Below, piece after piece: positions 28,292 through 38,033 of a stretch of 64,000 nucleotides of DNA. The DNA comes from a virus. The position numbers and the translations under genes were made by a program. Below the pieces are notes generated by a model. That model saw only the letters and a program-made list of their open reading frames with translations. It was not told the origin of the DNA and made no database searches. The DNA lies in the IMG/VR virus record IMGVR_UViG_3300036770_003728, positions 1 through 64,000 of that record. One strand, given 5' to 3'. The number at the start of each line of letters is the position of its first letter. Position 1 is the first letter of the stretch.

Positions 28292-28672
28292 CTAAGCAAT
28301 AATTAAACCAAGTTCGGCCATGGAATATGTACTGATTTCCTGACCACGCTGTAATTCTAACACAACCTTCTGCCCTTGGGCAAGTTGTTCGAGTTGGGCC
28401 ATGGCATCTTTCAAGCCACAACCAGTAAGGCGTCGTATTTCCCGCACACACCCAACTCGATCATATCCGGCATTGACACCCCGAACTGTAATCCTACCAC
28501 GAGTCTGCCCTTCCAACATTTTGAAGAATACTCTCTGTCCAAGGTCCGGACAAACATCCTCACAGAGATGAGTAAACATACGTATACCTGCTTCGGCACC
28601 ATAAACTTCTGTGATACTAACATAGAAGTTCATGGCGTCACGTAGTAGAAGTTCTTCAGCTTGACTTGTCAA
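28292..28672 (-). CDS. Protein with ribosomal L7/L12 C-terminal-like domain
   Basis: RVGCVREIRRLTGCGLKDAMAQLE vs bL12 [24 protein letters not shown]. Confidence 0.65.
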   Translation of the reverse strand: MTSQAEELLLRDAMNFYVSITEVYGAEAGIRMFTHLCEDVCPDLGQRVFFKMLEGQTRGRITVRGVNAGYDRVGCVREIRRLTGCGLKDAMAQLEQLAQGQKVVLELQRGQEISTYSMAELGLIIA

Positions 28673-29015
28673 GTGATTTCTCCAACTTACCAGTTTCGAT
28701 CCGTTTTAACAATACTTCGTTCCTATAGTCTTGTTCCCTACGATCGCGTTTGGCGTCATGCCGAGTGCCCATGATCATGCTCTCGTATTTCCTAGCAAAT
28801 TGAAAGCCTTGTATCCAACGCTCTAGCTCTTGTATAGTACCGATAAACACTTCAGCATCTCTACTATAGATGGGAAGGCAGTCATCTCTTGGCTTGAGTG
28901 CTACAACATCACCAAACTCTTGATGGTAATGACTGGCGTGGCACATTTGGAAGCCTAGTTTATGGCATTCTTCCTCGAGGTATCGAATCTTGCGTATTAG
29001 ATTATAGCCGCTCAT
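28656..29015 (-). CDS. Hypothetical protein
   Basis: ORF in coupled early operon. Confidence 0.65.
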   Translation of the reverse strand: MSGYNLIRKIRYLEEECHKLGFQMCHASHYHQEFGDVVALKPRDDCLPIYSRDAEVFIGTIQELERWIQGFQFARKYESMIMGTRHDAKRDRREQDYRNEVLLKRIETGKLEKSLDKSS

Positions 29016-29475
29016 TGTAGTCCTTGACTAGTTTTGACACAGTGATAAAATGCTCATATGCTGAACGCACTGAGGGATGAGTCAATAGTCGTTCCGCTTC
29101 TGCTACCATAGCATCAACACCAGCCTGAGTGACTTCCATCACACTTGGATGTTCTAGTTGTCTAGCGTCAGGGCCAAATGCCTTGACCAAGTTTTCCCAT
29201 GCCTGACTTTGTTCTTTGGTCATGGGTAGACGACCTTTACACATCCTCACTTCAGCAGCCTTGATCATGACCCGGGCCATGGCTTCACGAGCTACAATAC
29301 CAGCAGCAATCATAGGAGCATAGGCAGGGTCAACGGTATGCCTGCTGATACTATGGCCTGGTTTTACCACTGTGACATAGGCACCATGCGGTTCAGCGTT
29401 TCGCAGCATGTCATCATACTCGCGCACTGGTATATAACGCCGACCACGTCGAACATAAAAGGTTTCAGTTACCAT
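29002..29475 (-). CDS. Hypothetical protein
   Basis: ORF in coupled early operon. Confidence 0.65.
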   Translation of the reverse strand: MVTETFYVRRGRRYIPVREYDDMLRNAEPHGAYVTVVKPGHSISRHTVDPAYAPMIAAGIVAREAMARVMIKAAEVRMCKGRLPMTKEQSQAWENLVKAFGPDARQLEHPSVMEVTQAGVDAMVAEAERLLTHPSVRSAYEHFITVSKLVKDYNERL

Positions 29476-29894
29476 GATGAATTATAAAATACTTTAAGGC
29501 CCATAAACAATTCTGCTTTGGCACGACGACAAAACTCTAAGTCTTGTTCACGATAATACTCGTCACTATCGTTACCAAAAAAGAATCCCTGTGTAGGTGG
29601 AAGTCGTCCTGCTAGTATATCCTGCTCTAGTCGATCAACATCTTCCCAGGTAAGTTCAACTTCGACACCATTGAATGAGTCACACTCGCCACCTTTCTCA
29701 GCAAACAACTGTTCCATCCACCCCTGCAAATTTGGGTGCTTTCTCCAGTATGCGATTTCTATAGGTTCCTGCACACTTGGGTTCTCATAGTGAAGTTCGC
29801 CCAACTTGGTATCTTTCTTTGGCACAACACCGGCCCAGTAATCGTGGCGTTGATTTTCACGAGCTGCAATATAAGCGTATTGATCTAATCCCAT
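29469..29894 (-). CDS. Hypothetical phage protein (MGLDQY/YWRK type)
   Basis: MGLDQY...IAYWRKHPNLQGWM...GFFFG...YNSSW. Confidence 0.75.
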   Translation of the reverse strand: MGLDQYAYIAARENQRHDYWAGVVPKKDTKLGELHYENPSVQEPIEIAYWRKHPNLQGWMEQLFAEKGGECDSFNGVEVELTWEDVDRLEQDILAGRLPPTQGFFFGNDSDEYYREQDLEFCRRAKAELFMGLKVFYNSSW

Positions 29895-29898
29895 GTCC

Positions 29899-30111
29899 TC
29901 ATCCCAAAAACCGTTTTTGTAAATCTGTCTGAATAGTTTTGACTGCTTGATTCCACCCATCGTCGTCGCCAATCCATTTAACCTTGTTTAATTCTAACAC
30001 ATAGTCTTCAACAAGTCTACGGACGATGGCATTTGGGTAAGCATCCCCGGGATATGACAAGTCCACATCCCGGGCAGCCTGTTGAGCAATACGTCTAGTT
30101 AAGTCGTTCAT
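29899..30111 (-). CDS. Hypothetical protein
   Basis: ATGA overlap with the ATPase stop. Confidence 0.6.
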   Translation of the reverse strand: MNDLTRRIAQQAARDVDLSYPGDAYPNAIVRRLVEDYVLELNKVKWIGDDDGWNQAVKTIQTDLQKRFLG

Positions 30112-31142
30112 GCCATTTTCATGCAAGTCGACTGAGCAAGAGCTTGCCACTTTGCAGGGAACGTCTTACGCAAGTCAGCAATCTTAGTTGCCATACGCAA
30201 GCTCATTTCGCGCAAGCGATTTTGGTGACGCTCCATGAACGCAATAACTTCTTGCTCCTCACCGTTCTCAAACTCGTAGTCGCCGAACAAGTCACCAGTG
30301 GCAGCAATTTGGCGAATACGTAGCAACTTGTCACGCATGGTGTCAAGTGTCAAGTCCAGGTAATGGCAGCGACTTTGCAGTGCGTCTAAGTGATCACGCA
30401 ACTTCTGTGACTTCATTGCGTCAAACTTGAGGTTAGTAATAAAAATTACTGAACCGCGGAACTCAAAGCTGTCGGGAATGCCTTCACGCTTGAGAGCAGC
30501 ACTTTCGCTGAGCCAGCTAATCTTACGCTTCTTGCCTGAGTCAAGAGCACCTTTCAGCAAGTTCAACGAAACGTCGTCAAGCAAAATACTGTCGCAGTCA
30601 TCAAACACCAGCACACAGTTCTTGTCTGAGTACTTGTACAGAGTCTGATACAAACCAATTGGAGTGGCGCTGCCTTTAACAACTTCTGCACGAAGTCTGG
30701 TACCTGCAATTTGATCCAGCAATTGTGCTTTCTCAACTTCGCGCTCAACTGTAAAGCTCTTGCCTACTCCTGGAGGACCAGACACAATCATAGCACGAAT
30801 GTCGCCTGCGATACAGGCTTTAGCCATGTCATTAAGTATGGCAAAGCGTTCTGCAATCTCTGCAATACGCTCTTCATCAGTTTGAGTAATGGCTTGAGCT
30901 TGAGCAACTACTTCGCTTACTGCGGGAGCAGCGTCTTCGCCCACAAACTCGTAGTCGGTGAATGCTGCGACTTTGATACGAATGGTCTCAGGCATACCAG
31001 CAAAAGTACCACCATTCTTAACAGTGACATAGCCACCAACATTGGGGTTGCCACTTGGCTGAAACTGCTTGACTAGCTCAAACACCTTACCGTCTGCTAC
31101 AAAGTTACGATAGCTACCTGACTTAATACGTACTTGAGACAT
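30108..31142 (-). CDS. AAA+ ATPase
   Basis: GPPGVGKS, LVFDDCD, FITN sensor, ALQSR arginine finger. Confidence 0.85.
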   Translation of the reverse strand: MSQVRIKSGSYRNFVADGKVFELVKQFQPSGNPNVGGYVTVKNGGTFAGMPETIRIKVAAFTDYEFVGEDAAPAVSEVVAQAQAITQTDEERIAEIAERFAILNDMAKACIAGDIRAMIVSGPPGVGKSFTVEREVEKAQLLDQIAGTRLRAEVVKGSATPIGLYQTLYKYSDKNCVLVFDDCDSILLDDVSLNLLKGALDSGKKRKISWLSESAALKREGIPDSFEFRGSVIFITNLKFDAMKSQKLRDHLDALQSRCHYLDLTLDTMRDKLLRIRQIAATGDLFGDYEFENGEEQEVIAFMERHQNRLREMSLRMATKIADLRKTFPAKWQALAQSTCMKMA

Positions 31143-31161
31143 GTGTGTCGCTCCGTGTTGT

Positions 31162-31407
31162 TTACTGTACCACTATTATAGCTGAAATCAATACCCAAGT
31201 CAAATAAAGGGTTATTACTAGCAGCACCAAAAGCTCAATTACAGTGAATCGAGTACCACTGTAGATGTTGCTAATATGCCGCAGAATGTTGTATTCGTGC
31301 CACACTTTTGTGTCAATCAAGGGCGGGTGCCCAGGACATCTCCCTTGCTGCCAGTCGCAATCTGGGCTATACACCTGCCCACAAACCTTACACTTTGCTG
31401 GCAGCAT
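31162..31407 (-). CDS. Possible small Cys-rich membrane protein
   Basis: CKVC...CDW...CPGH and a hydrophobic C-terminus; overlaps the promoter. Confidence 0.35.
   Translation of the reverse strand: MLPAKCKVCGQVYSPDCDWQQGRCPGHPPLIDTKVWHEYNILRHISNIYSGTRFTVIELLVLLVITLYLTWVLISAIIVVQ
31175..31215 (-). promoter_or_regulatory. Sigma70 promoter with palindromic operator-like site
   Basis: TTGACT-17-TATAAT; ATAACCC-N12-GGGTATT around the -35. Confidence 0.8.
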
Positions 31408-31714
31408 GACGGCAATTACCCCTATAAGTATAGCCCGGGCAAGTACATGCCCAAGTGCCATTTGCGCGAGTTAGGGTGTACTTTTGCCCTTTTGACCCTT
31501 CTACAATCACTGTATTAGGGTCATTTTCTGCTATCTCGCGCAGGATTTTGAATGTACGCCCACGTGAATCCCAGCGAATCGGCTTACGAAAACGTTGAGC
31601 TACGCGAGCACCTTCGGGCACATAAGCAATAATATACTCCATATTGTCAGAGACAAGATAGAGATTATTAGCAGTGCTATCTGCCCATTTAGTTGTTTCA
31701 TGTACAATTTTCAT
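31388..31714 (-). CDS. SWIM zinc-finger protein
   Basis: GSKGQKY...WACTCPGYTYRGNCRH. Confidence 0.8.
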   Translation of the reverse strand: MKIVHETTKWADSTANNLYLVSDNMEYIIAYVPEGARVAQRFRKPIRWDSRGRTFKILREIAENDPNTVIVEGSKGQKYTLTRANGTWACTCPGYTYRGNCRHAASKV

Positions 31715-31720
31715 GCTCTA

Positions 31721-31765
31721 AGTATAGCTGAAAACAAATACCCTGTCAATTCACAGGGTATTTGT
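31721..31765 (-). promoter_or_regulatory. Sigma70 promoter with palindromic operator-like site, leaderless
   Basis: TTGACA-17-TATACT, 6 nt before the ATG; ACAAATACCCTGT...ACAGGGTATTTGT. Confidence 0.85.
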
Positions 31766-32080
31766 GGTATTTTCGCCACAGAGCTGAATAGGCAAGTGTC
31801 TTACAGCAATGATTTCCTGCACCAAATCCAATAACTGTTGGGAGTCCCATCCATTATCCAACCATTCGGTTTGCCATTCATCTACACACCACAGCATGTC
31901 TCTGTGGTGTGTTTTGATGATATTTTCCAAACGTTTGATATGAGGAGTAGGACCCGTAAACACATGACTGAATTTGGCCAAACCACCCCAAGCTCCGGTG
32001 TAGTCTTTTTGCCTACGCTCCACGTCTGAAGTAATCCCGAACCCCAATCTGTAGGGTCCGGGTAGTATGTAAAAATACAT
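31751..32080 (-). CDS. Small GIY-YIG/T5orf172-like protein
   Basis: YFYIL...LGFGITSDVERRQKDY...LE...TEW. Confidence 0.55.
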   Translation of the reverse strand: MYFYILPGPYRLGFGITSDVERRQKDYTGAWGGLAKFSHVFTGPTPHIKRLENIIKTHHRDMLWCVDEWQTEWLDNGWDSQQLLDLVQEIIAVRHLPIQLCGENTTNTL

Positions 32081-33231
32081 TAGGCAGCTTTACGTACAGT
32101 AAAAAGGTCTTTGATATCCTCGTCAAGGAAATCAATGATACGATCACATCTGTCCAACAGCGGTTGGGGGATACGCTGACGTCCACCTAGTCGTTGGTAG
32201 AGCTGCATGAGCACACAGGCAATAGCGTCGTCCTGCCAAGGAATTTCGTAGCCATAAACATGCTTGCCCCATTTAGTGTGAGCGCGATGTACAGCCTCAT
32301 GAAACTGCGACAGTCCGGCAAAGAACTGCTGTAGGATACCGGCTAGCTCCTCTAAGAATTCATCGGTGAGACTGATCTTAGCAGCATTAAACGATTTACA
32401 AACATCATTCATAAAAAACCACAAGCTACCGTCGATCTCATCGTAGTGAAAATATTCATTGTGCCAACGACATGCAGTCTCTAGAGTCTTATTGTCTAGA
32501 CTTAGAGCTTGCATATGAGTAAACGTACCAGGCAAACCTACAAAAGAACTTTCCTTGTCTACTGGGTAGCAGTCGTATTTTTCACAAATACTTTGCTTGA
32601 CTTCTGCTGCAATATCTTCGGGATCCAAGCTACCATCAATACGCTTGCTCAAGACCTTGGTACGGTGCTCATACCAATTTGAAATCTTTTTCTTGCCCTT
32701 GCCATTGATCAAAGCAAATGCCTTACGAGCAAATGCGCGATTGGCAGTTTCGATATACAGCACTGCTACCTCAACTTCACGCCAATCCGATTCACCGGAA
32801 AACAAGCCAGCATTTACCAATGCTGCTAATAACGTTACAGAATGTTGACCATCTACTGCATGGTATTCTTCTTTACCAGGAATCTTAATACAGTAAACCA
32901 CTTGAAGCAATTGTGGCTTAAAATTAGCAATTTCACTGATACGAGTACAGTGCTTGCTATCAAGAGCTCGCTGAATATCCTCATCAATAAACAGCAGACC
33001 CAACTTGACCATTTTAACCAATGGTCGCAGGTTGGGGTTCAACATCACACCTTGAGCACGGTACTCAGCAACTAACTTTTGCCATTGCTTGTAGTTTTCC
33101 AACTCATCTAACCTGTTCTGCAGGTTTACAATCTTGCTCTTGCTTTGCTTGAGCGGATTGCGTGTTTGCATTACATTGGGACGACGCACTACGGGTTGGT
33201 ATGTCGGGATCATAATTTCCTCAGTTTCCAT
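32080..33231 (-). CDS. ParB-like/DGQHR-domain protein
   Basis: IQRALD, AVDGQH, FALINGKGKK. Confidence 0.65.
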   Translation of the reverse strand: METEEIMIPTYQPVVRRPNVMQTRNPLKQSKSKIVNLQNRLDELENYKQWQKLVAEYRAQGVMLNPNLRPLVKMVKLGLLFIDEDIQRALDSKHCTRISEIANFKPQLLQVVYCIKIPGKEEYHAVDGQHSVTLLAALVNAGLFSGESDWREVEVAVLYIETANRAFARKAFALINGKGKKKISNWYEHRTKVLSKRIDGSLDPEDIAAEVKQSICEKYDCYPVDKESSFVGLPGTFTHMQALSLDNKTLETACRWHNEYFHYDEIDGSLWFFMNDVCKSFNAAKISLTDEFLEELAGILQQFFAGLSQFHEAVHRAHTKWGKHVYGYEIPWQDDAIACVLMQLYQRLGGRQRIPQPLLDRCDRIIDFLDEDIKDLFTVRKAA

Positions 33232-33236
33232 GGTGG

Positions 33237-33494
33237 TTAAGAACAGTTAAGTTTCAAAATATACAGGGTAATTAAAGATTCGTCAAGCCTAATACAATCA
33301 CTCGGATAACGGGTAGTGGCCTTGGATTCATAGACACTACGACGTATCAAGTGCACAACTTTGACCATCTTAGGTGTTAATGCCACTATTTTACCTATTT
33401 TAAGCTGGTTACGTCCTAGGCCAGAGCTACTGGGGTAAGCAACAAAATTATCAATTTTGAGCTCTTGTCCAAGTATATCCAAGTGGTTTTCCAT
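33237..33494 (-). CDS. Hypothetical protein
   Basis: DILGQELKIDNFVAY; own promoter. Confidence 0.7.
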   Translation of the reverse strand: MENHLDILGQELKIDNFVAYPSSSGLGRNQLKIGKIVALTPKMVKVVHLIRRSVYESKATTRYPSDCIRLDESLITLYILKLNCS

Positions 33495-33503
33495 AACAAA
33501 GTT

Positions 33504-33532
33504 ATAGTAACAGGAATTCGTCTAGCTGTCAA
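33504..33532 (-). promoter_or_regulatory. Sigma70-like promoter
   Basis: TTGACA-17-TACTAT. Confidence 0.55.
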
Positions 33533-33702
33533 ATGTTGTAAAACTGCAACAACTCGCTTTGAGCAGCAAGTTCATCTAAGTAGATCTCACGCAGTACGCG
33601 ATTAATCTCATCAAATTCCATGCTGGAATCAAGATCAAAACGAGCCATGTCTAACTCAAATTCAGCTATATCTTCTAAGGTCATGTAGTCAGGGTAGATC
33701 AC
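33529..33702 (-). CDS. 57-aa highly acidic early protein
   Basis: GTG start with AAAGGAG SD; MIYPDYMTLEDIAEFELDMARFDLDSSMEFDEINRVLREIYLDELAAQSELLQFYNI. Confidence 0.7.
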   Translation of the reverse strand: MIYPDYMTLEDIAEFELDMARFDLDSSMEFDEINRVLREIYLDELAAQSELLQFYNI

Positions 33703-33730
33703 AATCAACTCCTTTAGTTACAATAAACCT

Positions 33731-33771
33731 AGTATAGCAGCGATCAATACCCTTGTCAAATACTGGGTTTT
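33731..33771 (-). promoter_or_regulatory. Sigma70 promoter with palindromic operator-like site
   Basis: TTGACA-17-TATACT; AAAACCC-N12-GGGTATT. Confidence 0.85.
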
Positions 33772-33773
33772 AA

Positions 33774-34922
33774 CTACTTTTTCGGTGCTTGCGGAAGAAT
33801 TTTTCTCATATAATCCAGGTCTGTGCGTTCTGGATGGGGTTGATACCAGCCATTGCCTGTGTAAACATCCAATACCGAAGTAAAGTATTCCTCATACATT
33901 TTGGCCACACGATCCAGGCTAAAGTTGTTTACTGCCCACTGTCTGCAAGCATGCGGATCTATGTTGTTGATATTTTCGGCTGCCCATTTGAATTGTTCAA
34001 AAGTTCTGCAACGATAGCCAGTCATACCGTGTATATTGTTTTCCACAAAACTACCCCAGTCTGTGCTGATAGTAGGTGTGCCAGATAACAGCATTTCAAT
34101 CTGCACGCCACCAAATGGTTCAATATACATGCTGGGTACAAAAGCAGCACGAGCGCGACTCATCAGATGTCTGCGTGTTTCAACATCAGCGTAGCCTACG
34201 TACTCAACATGGTCGGGCGTGGTTTTATAGCCCATGTCTGCCAAACTACCTTGACCAGCAATCTTTAATCTTGCACCAATTGCTTCGGTGGCTTGAATAG
34301 CCACGTTTACTCCTTTACCATCATAGATTCTGCCCACAAACAAAAAATAATCTTCTTTGTTGTTGGGATCAAAAGTAAAGTCATCTACATCAAAATAGTT
34401 TGGTATAACTACGTCATACCAATCTTGTTTACAAGTACCTACCGCAGTTAGACCATAGTAAGCATGATAAATGGCATAGCTTTCAAAAATTTTGAATCTA
34501 GCAAAATGCCCGCCAGCATAGCCGATGCCTGGCTCAACCACAATCATGTCTCCGTGAGCATCACAGATAGGTTTATGACCCCAACCCCAAAATGGCAATA
34601 AGAAATCATGCCGCTGTTTACGAGCAGCAATTTCGCGTATGGCATTAGCATAAAAGGTTTGATAAGCATGATCATTGACATCAAACTTAAAAAAGTTACG
34701 ACGCCAGTCATAGTCACCGTAGGCTTTTTCCAAATCACTATTGGTGATGACATCAACATGTTCATCACAATCCACATCTGAATCCGGGTGCCCGTAGTGT
34801 ATGATTTCGTGCCCACGAGCTCGCATCATCTTGCCAAACTTCCAGACCTTTTGTGTATAGGCACAGGCATTGTATTCTTTGTTGGTAACAGTATGTGGTA
34901 ATCCTAGTATATGAAAACGCAT
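33774..34922 (-). CDS. GT-B glycosyltransferase (GT4-like)
   Basis: [11 protein letters not shown]; [16 protein letters not shown]. Confidence 0.9.
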   Translation of the reverse strand: MRFHILGLPHTVTNKEYNACAYTQKVWKFGKMMRARGHEIIHYGHPDSDVDCDEHVDVITNSDLEKAYGDYDWRRNFFKFDVNDHAYQTFYANAIREIAARKQRHDFLLPFWGWGHKPICDAHGDMIVVEPGIGYAGGHFARFKIFESYAIYHAYYGLTAVGTCKQDWYDVVIPNYFDVDDFTFDPNNKEDYFLFVGRIYDGKGVNVAIQATEAIGARLKIAGQGSLADMGYKTTPDHVEYVGYADVETRRHLMSRARAAFVPSMYIEPFGGVQIEMLLSGTPTISTDWGSFVENNIHGMTGYRCRTFEQFKWAAENINNIDPHACRQWAVNNFSLDRVAKMYEEYFTSVLDVYTGNGWYQPHPERTDLDYMRKILPQAPKK

Positions 34923-34923
34923 G

Positions 34924-35682
34924 TTATTCTCTGGTTAAAACTGCATAAAATTCATTGCTGCCTCTAGCAGTGGTATAAACTTGATCGCAGCGCCATGGCT
35001 GTAGATCTAGCTGATACAGCAGTTCAATGATTAAATCAAAACTCTCTGGGGTAAATCTCCAAGCATGACTGTCAATATATCTTTGTTGTAATTCACGTGC
35101 ATTGCTTATACATTCACGTATCCTATCCAGGGTCAAAGTAGTCAAAGGATGAGGCCCATGATCTTGGTTCCAATGTCTGTACTCATTGTTATGGCAACCA
35201 AAAAGTTCATTTTGTAACAATGTACTAGGCAACAACCTACGTCGCTGTTCTATATGGGCTCCAATAACTTCTGCTATAGTAGACTCTGGTTGAAAATGAT
35301 CAAAACAGTAACGACGATCCGGAATAGCCACATAGTATTGTTTAACCGACAAATCGGCTATTTCATGTAAATGCCTGATTAGGTCAGGTTGATGTTCTAC
35401 TACATGACTGCTGAATACTGTATCAAATTTGAGATCAGTTTGAATAGTTGGAGTCTGGTCAAGGTTGATAATAATATCAATATGATCGGGGGTTCCCGAC
35501 GGGTTGTATCCATGCCGTCCGGCTTGAACACGAATTTCCTCAGCTGTGCAAATGTCTGCATAGTAGACATCATAGTCTGGACGACGAAATTGTGGTTTGG
35601 CATATGGTCCTATTTCTAGTAACCTCAGACCGGGATCGATTTGAGCACAAAATTGCGCTCTATGAATAGGTGGATTGATCAT
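34924..35682 (-). CDS. SAM-dependent methyltransferase
   Basis: [27 protein letters not shown]. Confidence 0.75.
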   Translation of the reverse strand: MINPPIHRAQFCAQIDPGLRLLEIGPYAKPQFRRPDYDVYYADICTAEEIRVQAGRHGYNPSGTPDHIDIIINLDQTPTIQTDLKFDTVFSSHVVEHQPDLIRHLHEIADLSVKQYYVAIPDRRYCFDHFQPESTIAEVIGAHIEQRRRLLPSTLLQNELFGCHNNEYRHWNQDHGPHPLTTLTLDRIRECISNARELQQRYIDSHAWRFTPESFDLIIELLYQLDLQPWRCDQVYTTARGSNEFYAVLTRE

Positions 35683-36545
35683 GAACAGTGTTGAATGACT
35701 GATTCTGCAATAGTGCGTACATCAAATCTATTTACACATTCTAGGTCGCCACGATGACAAATAAATTGTGTGCAGGGTGCAGGATACTCTGTGTGACATC
35801 CATAGCAATCAATATCAGCCGCAATAGGAATATAGGGTTTGTCACGCAGGGGTTGTCTATACTCAGATCGTACACTGGTGTACAAAACTACCATGGGTGT
35901 GGCAGTGGTGCCAGCTACGTGCGCTGGTGCAGAATCAGTACCTAAATAGCATTTAGCATTGGCAATAACTTCTCGTAATTCGTGTACAGTGAAATGGCCA
36001 CGGGTATCTATTAATCTTTTACCAGCAAAAAATGGTTCGTTTTGACTACCAACCTGTACTATGGTTACATCAGACTTGGCATGTATGTAATCAATTATTT
36101 GTCGCCAAAAGTTTTCTGGCAAGTTCCTACTAGGCCATGGCCAACGACGCATGTGCAGCACTATGTATTTTGGTCCACTCACAGTGTACTTGAATTGCCT
36201 GGCTAGTTCTTGATCTTGGGCAGTAGTGAACAACTCAAGTCCGAGATCAAAATCTCGGTGTTGAAAAACTGAATCAGCATAGGCATGAACTGCGTGTTTT
36301 TTTGGATCACGTTCGTATACCAAGTCTAAATCATAGTACTGATCATAATCAGCAATCATAGCCGAATTAGGCAATACACGATGTATAGCGTTGATGTTAG
36401 GGTTATTAACCACGTAATCTGCATGCTGCTGATTTACTGCAAAGTCAATTACCGCATCAGGATTTAGTGCTCGAAGTTGTCTAATAATAGGTGTGGTCAT
36501 TAGTACGTCACCGCCTGCACCTTGTCTGTTTACTAAAATTTTCAT
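35679..36545 (-). CDS. GT9 (heptosyltransferase-like) glycosyltransferase
   Basis: GGDVLMTTPIIRQLR; LGTDSAPAHVAG. Confidence 0.88.
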   Translation of the reverse strand: MKILVNRQGAGGDVLMTTPIIRQLRALNPDAVIDFAVNQQHADYVVNNPNINAIHRVLPNSAMIADYDQYYDLDLVYERDPKKHAVHAYADSVFQHRDFDLGLELFTTAQDQELARQFKYTVSGPKYIVLHMRRWPWPSRNLPENFWRQIIDYIHAKSDVTIVQVGSQNEPFFAGKRLIDTRGHFTVHELREVIANAKCYLGTDSAPAHVAGTTATPMVVLYTSVRSEYRQPLRDKPYIPIAADIDCYGCHTEYPAPCTQFICHRGDLECVNRFDVRTIAESVIQHCS

Positions 36546-37312
36546 GTTAATCTGGCTACCTGTTGTAATTTTGTTACGTAGTCTGGATCTTGTGCTGTGC
36601 CCAAATCAATGGCACGCTGGGCTAGATCTGTGTGACCCAGTGATATTAAATTACAGACCATACGTAATGCTGCTTCGGTGGACCTACTAGGTAATAACTC
36701 AACAAAATCAGCCACCGCGTCCTGATCTAAGTAATAGGGCACATTAAAACTTCCATGAAACCCAAATGTGTGTTTATGGTCAGCTGGGTGCTCATGACTA
36801 AAACGTTGGGCAGTTTGTTGATCTGCATAGCGTATACCACGCTGTTCTAAATAATCTCTATACACAATACCAATGGTTTGGTCTTCGTTGTGCTGACATT
36901 GTACAGCAGGATCACGTAGCAGATCTAGTAATCTTCTACTGCGTAGACTAAATCCACCATTGCCTACACGATAACCATTGGGATGATGCGCCCATGGCCA
37001 CCAGGCACCAATGTAATCATAGTTAAGAAAATCATCAGTCCAACAATCTGCATTGACTGCCATGCCATCGTATTGCACAACCAATACATGTTCTGTGGTA
37101 ATCAAAGGCCACAGATTCTTGATCATGATTTGGTTATAATCCTGTACTGTAACAGGCCTGGTCTGTATCCATTCAGCACCGGGATACACTGGTTCGGCAG
37201 TTAACGTAACAATTCGACGACAACTAATACAATCAAGAGTTCTAGCTATACTGCGCCCAAGTAACTGAGGAGCATGCGTATCAACCGCCAACAAAGTAAT
37301 ATCTAAGGCCAT
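36542..37312 (-). CDS. DUF5672-like putative glycosyltransferase
   Basis: VQYDG, YDYIGAWW, VGNGGFSLRS, NED, FGFHG. Confidence 0.8.
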   Translation of the reverse strand: MALDITLLAVDTHAPQLLGRSIARTLDCISCRRIVTLTAEPVYPGAEWIQTRPVTVQDYNQIMIKNLWPLITTEHVLVVQYDGMAVNADCWTDDFLNYDYIGAWWPWAHHPNGYRVGNGGFSLRSRRLLDLLRDPAVQCQHNEDQTIGIVYRDYLEQRGIRYADQQTAQRFSHEHPADHKHTFGFHGSFNVPYYLDQDAVADFVELLPSRSTEAALRMVCNLISLGHTDLAQRAIDLGTAQDPDYVTKLQQVARLT

Positions 37313-37313
37313 G

Positions 37314-38033
37314 TTAATCCTGTACTGCGACCCCATTGGGGCCTATGCGACCTTGTATACCCACTGCATCCAATTCAATAATCTTGTCAGGGTCTAAAAA
37401 ATGAAATAATACATGCTCAATGTCAGCATAGCCTCCTTGAGCAAGACGTTCAAACATATACTCAAGACCATTTTGATAGGTTAGTATAATTTCAGCGGTT
37501 AAAGCCGTGGGCCAAGACCAAAGTCGACTCATATACTGATTAACAATGCCCCCAGTGATGGCAGCAGGAAACTGACTGTTTCTGCGTCGAGCTAGTACAA
37601 TGGCATTCTGCACCAAGTGTTGATCATAGTAAGCAGCACGAAATTGATCATTTAATGTATAACGTCCGCTAATCTTAAAGCAGCGTTGGTAAGCATCAAG
37701 TTGCTGACTGTTTACTAGGTTAGTTAGTATGCGTTGAAAGCACTGTACTTCGTTGACATTTTTTACTATGTCCCAGTTGTCTGAGCTATGATATAATTGT
37801 CTAACAGTGGCGTCTTGTGTAAAGTCAATGAGTTTGTCTACTGAGTTGGTAATTTGGTTGCGCTGCTGATCAGTCAGTGGTTCAGCACTCATTTCTAACC
37901 AATAGATATCGGCACTGGCCGCATGGCGACGTATACTGGCCACTGTGGCCATGGTTTGGCTGAGTCGTTGTTCGGAATCAAATATTCCAAATTTAGTGTT
38001 GATAGCACTGGTTATAAAAAATACTGATTTCAT
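37314..38033 (-). CDS. Hypothetical protein, probable GT-A-like
   Basis: FITSAI, FKISGRY, DIEH; inside the glycan cluster. Confidence 0.6.
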   Translation of the reverse strand: MKSVFFITSAINTKFGIFDSEQRLSQTMATVASIRRHAASADIYWLEMSAEPLTDQQRNQITNSVDKLIDFTQDATVRQLYHSSDNWDIVKNVNEVQCFQRILTNLVNSQQLDAYQRCFKISGRYTLNDQFRAAYYDQHLVQNAIVLARRRNSQFPAAITGGIVNQYMSRLWSWPTALTAEIILTYQNGLEYMFERLAQGGYADIEHVLFHFLDPDKIIELDAVGIQGRIGPNGVAVQD

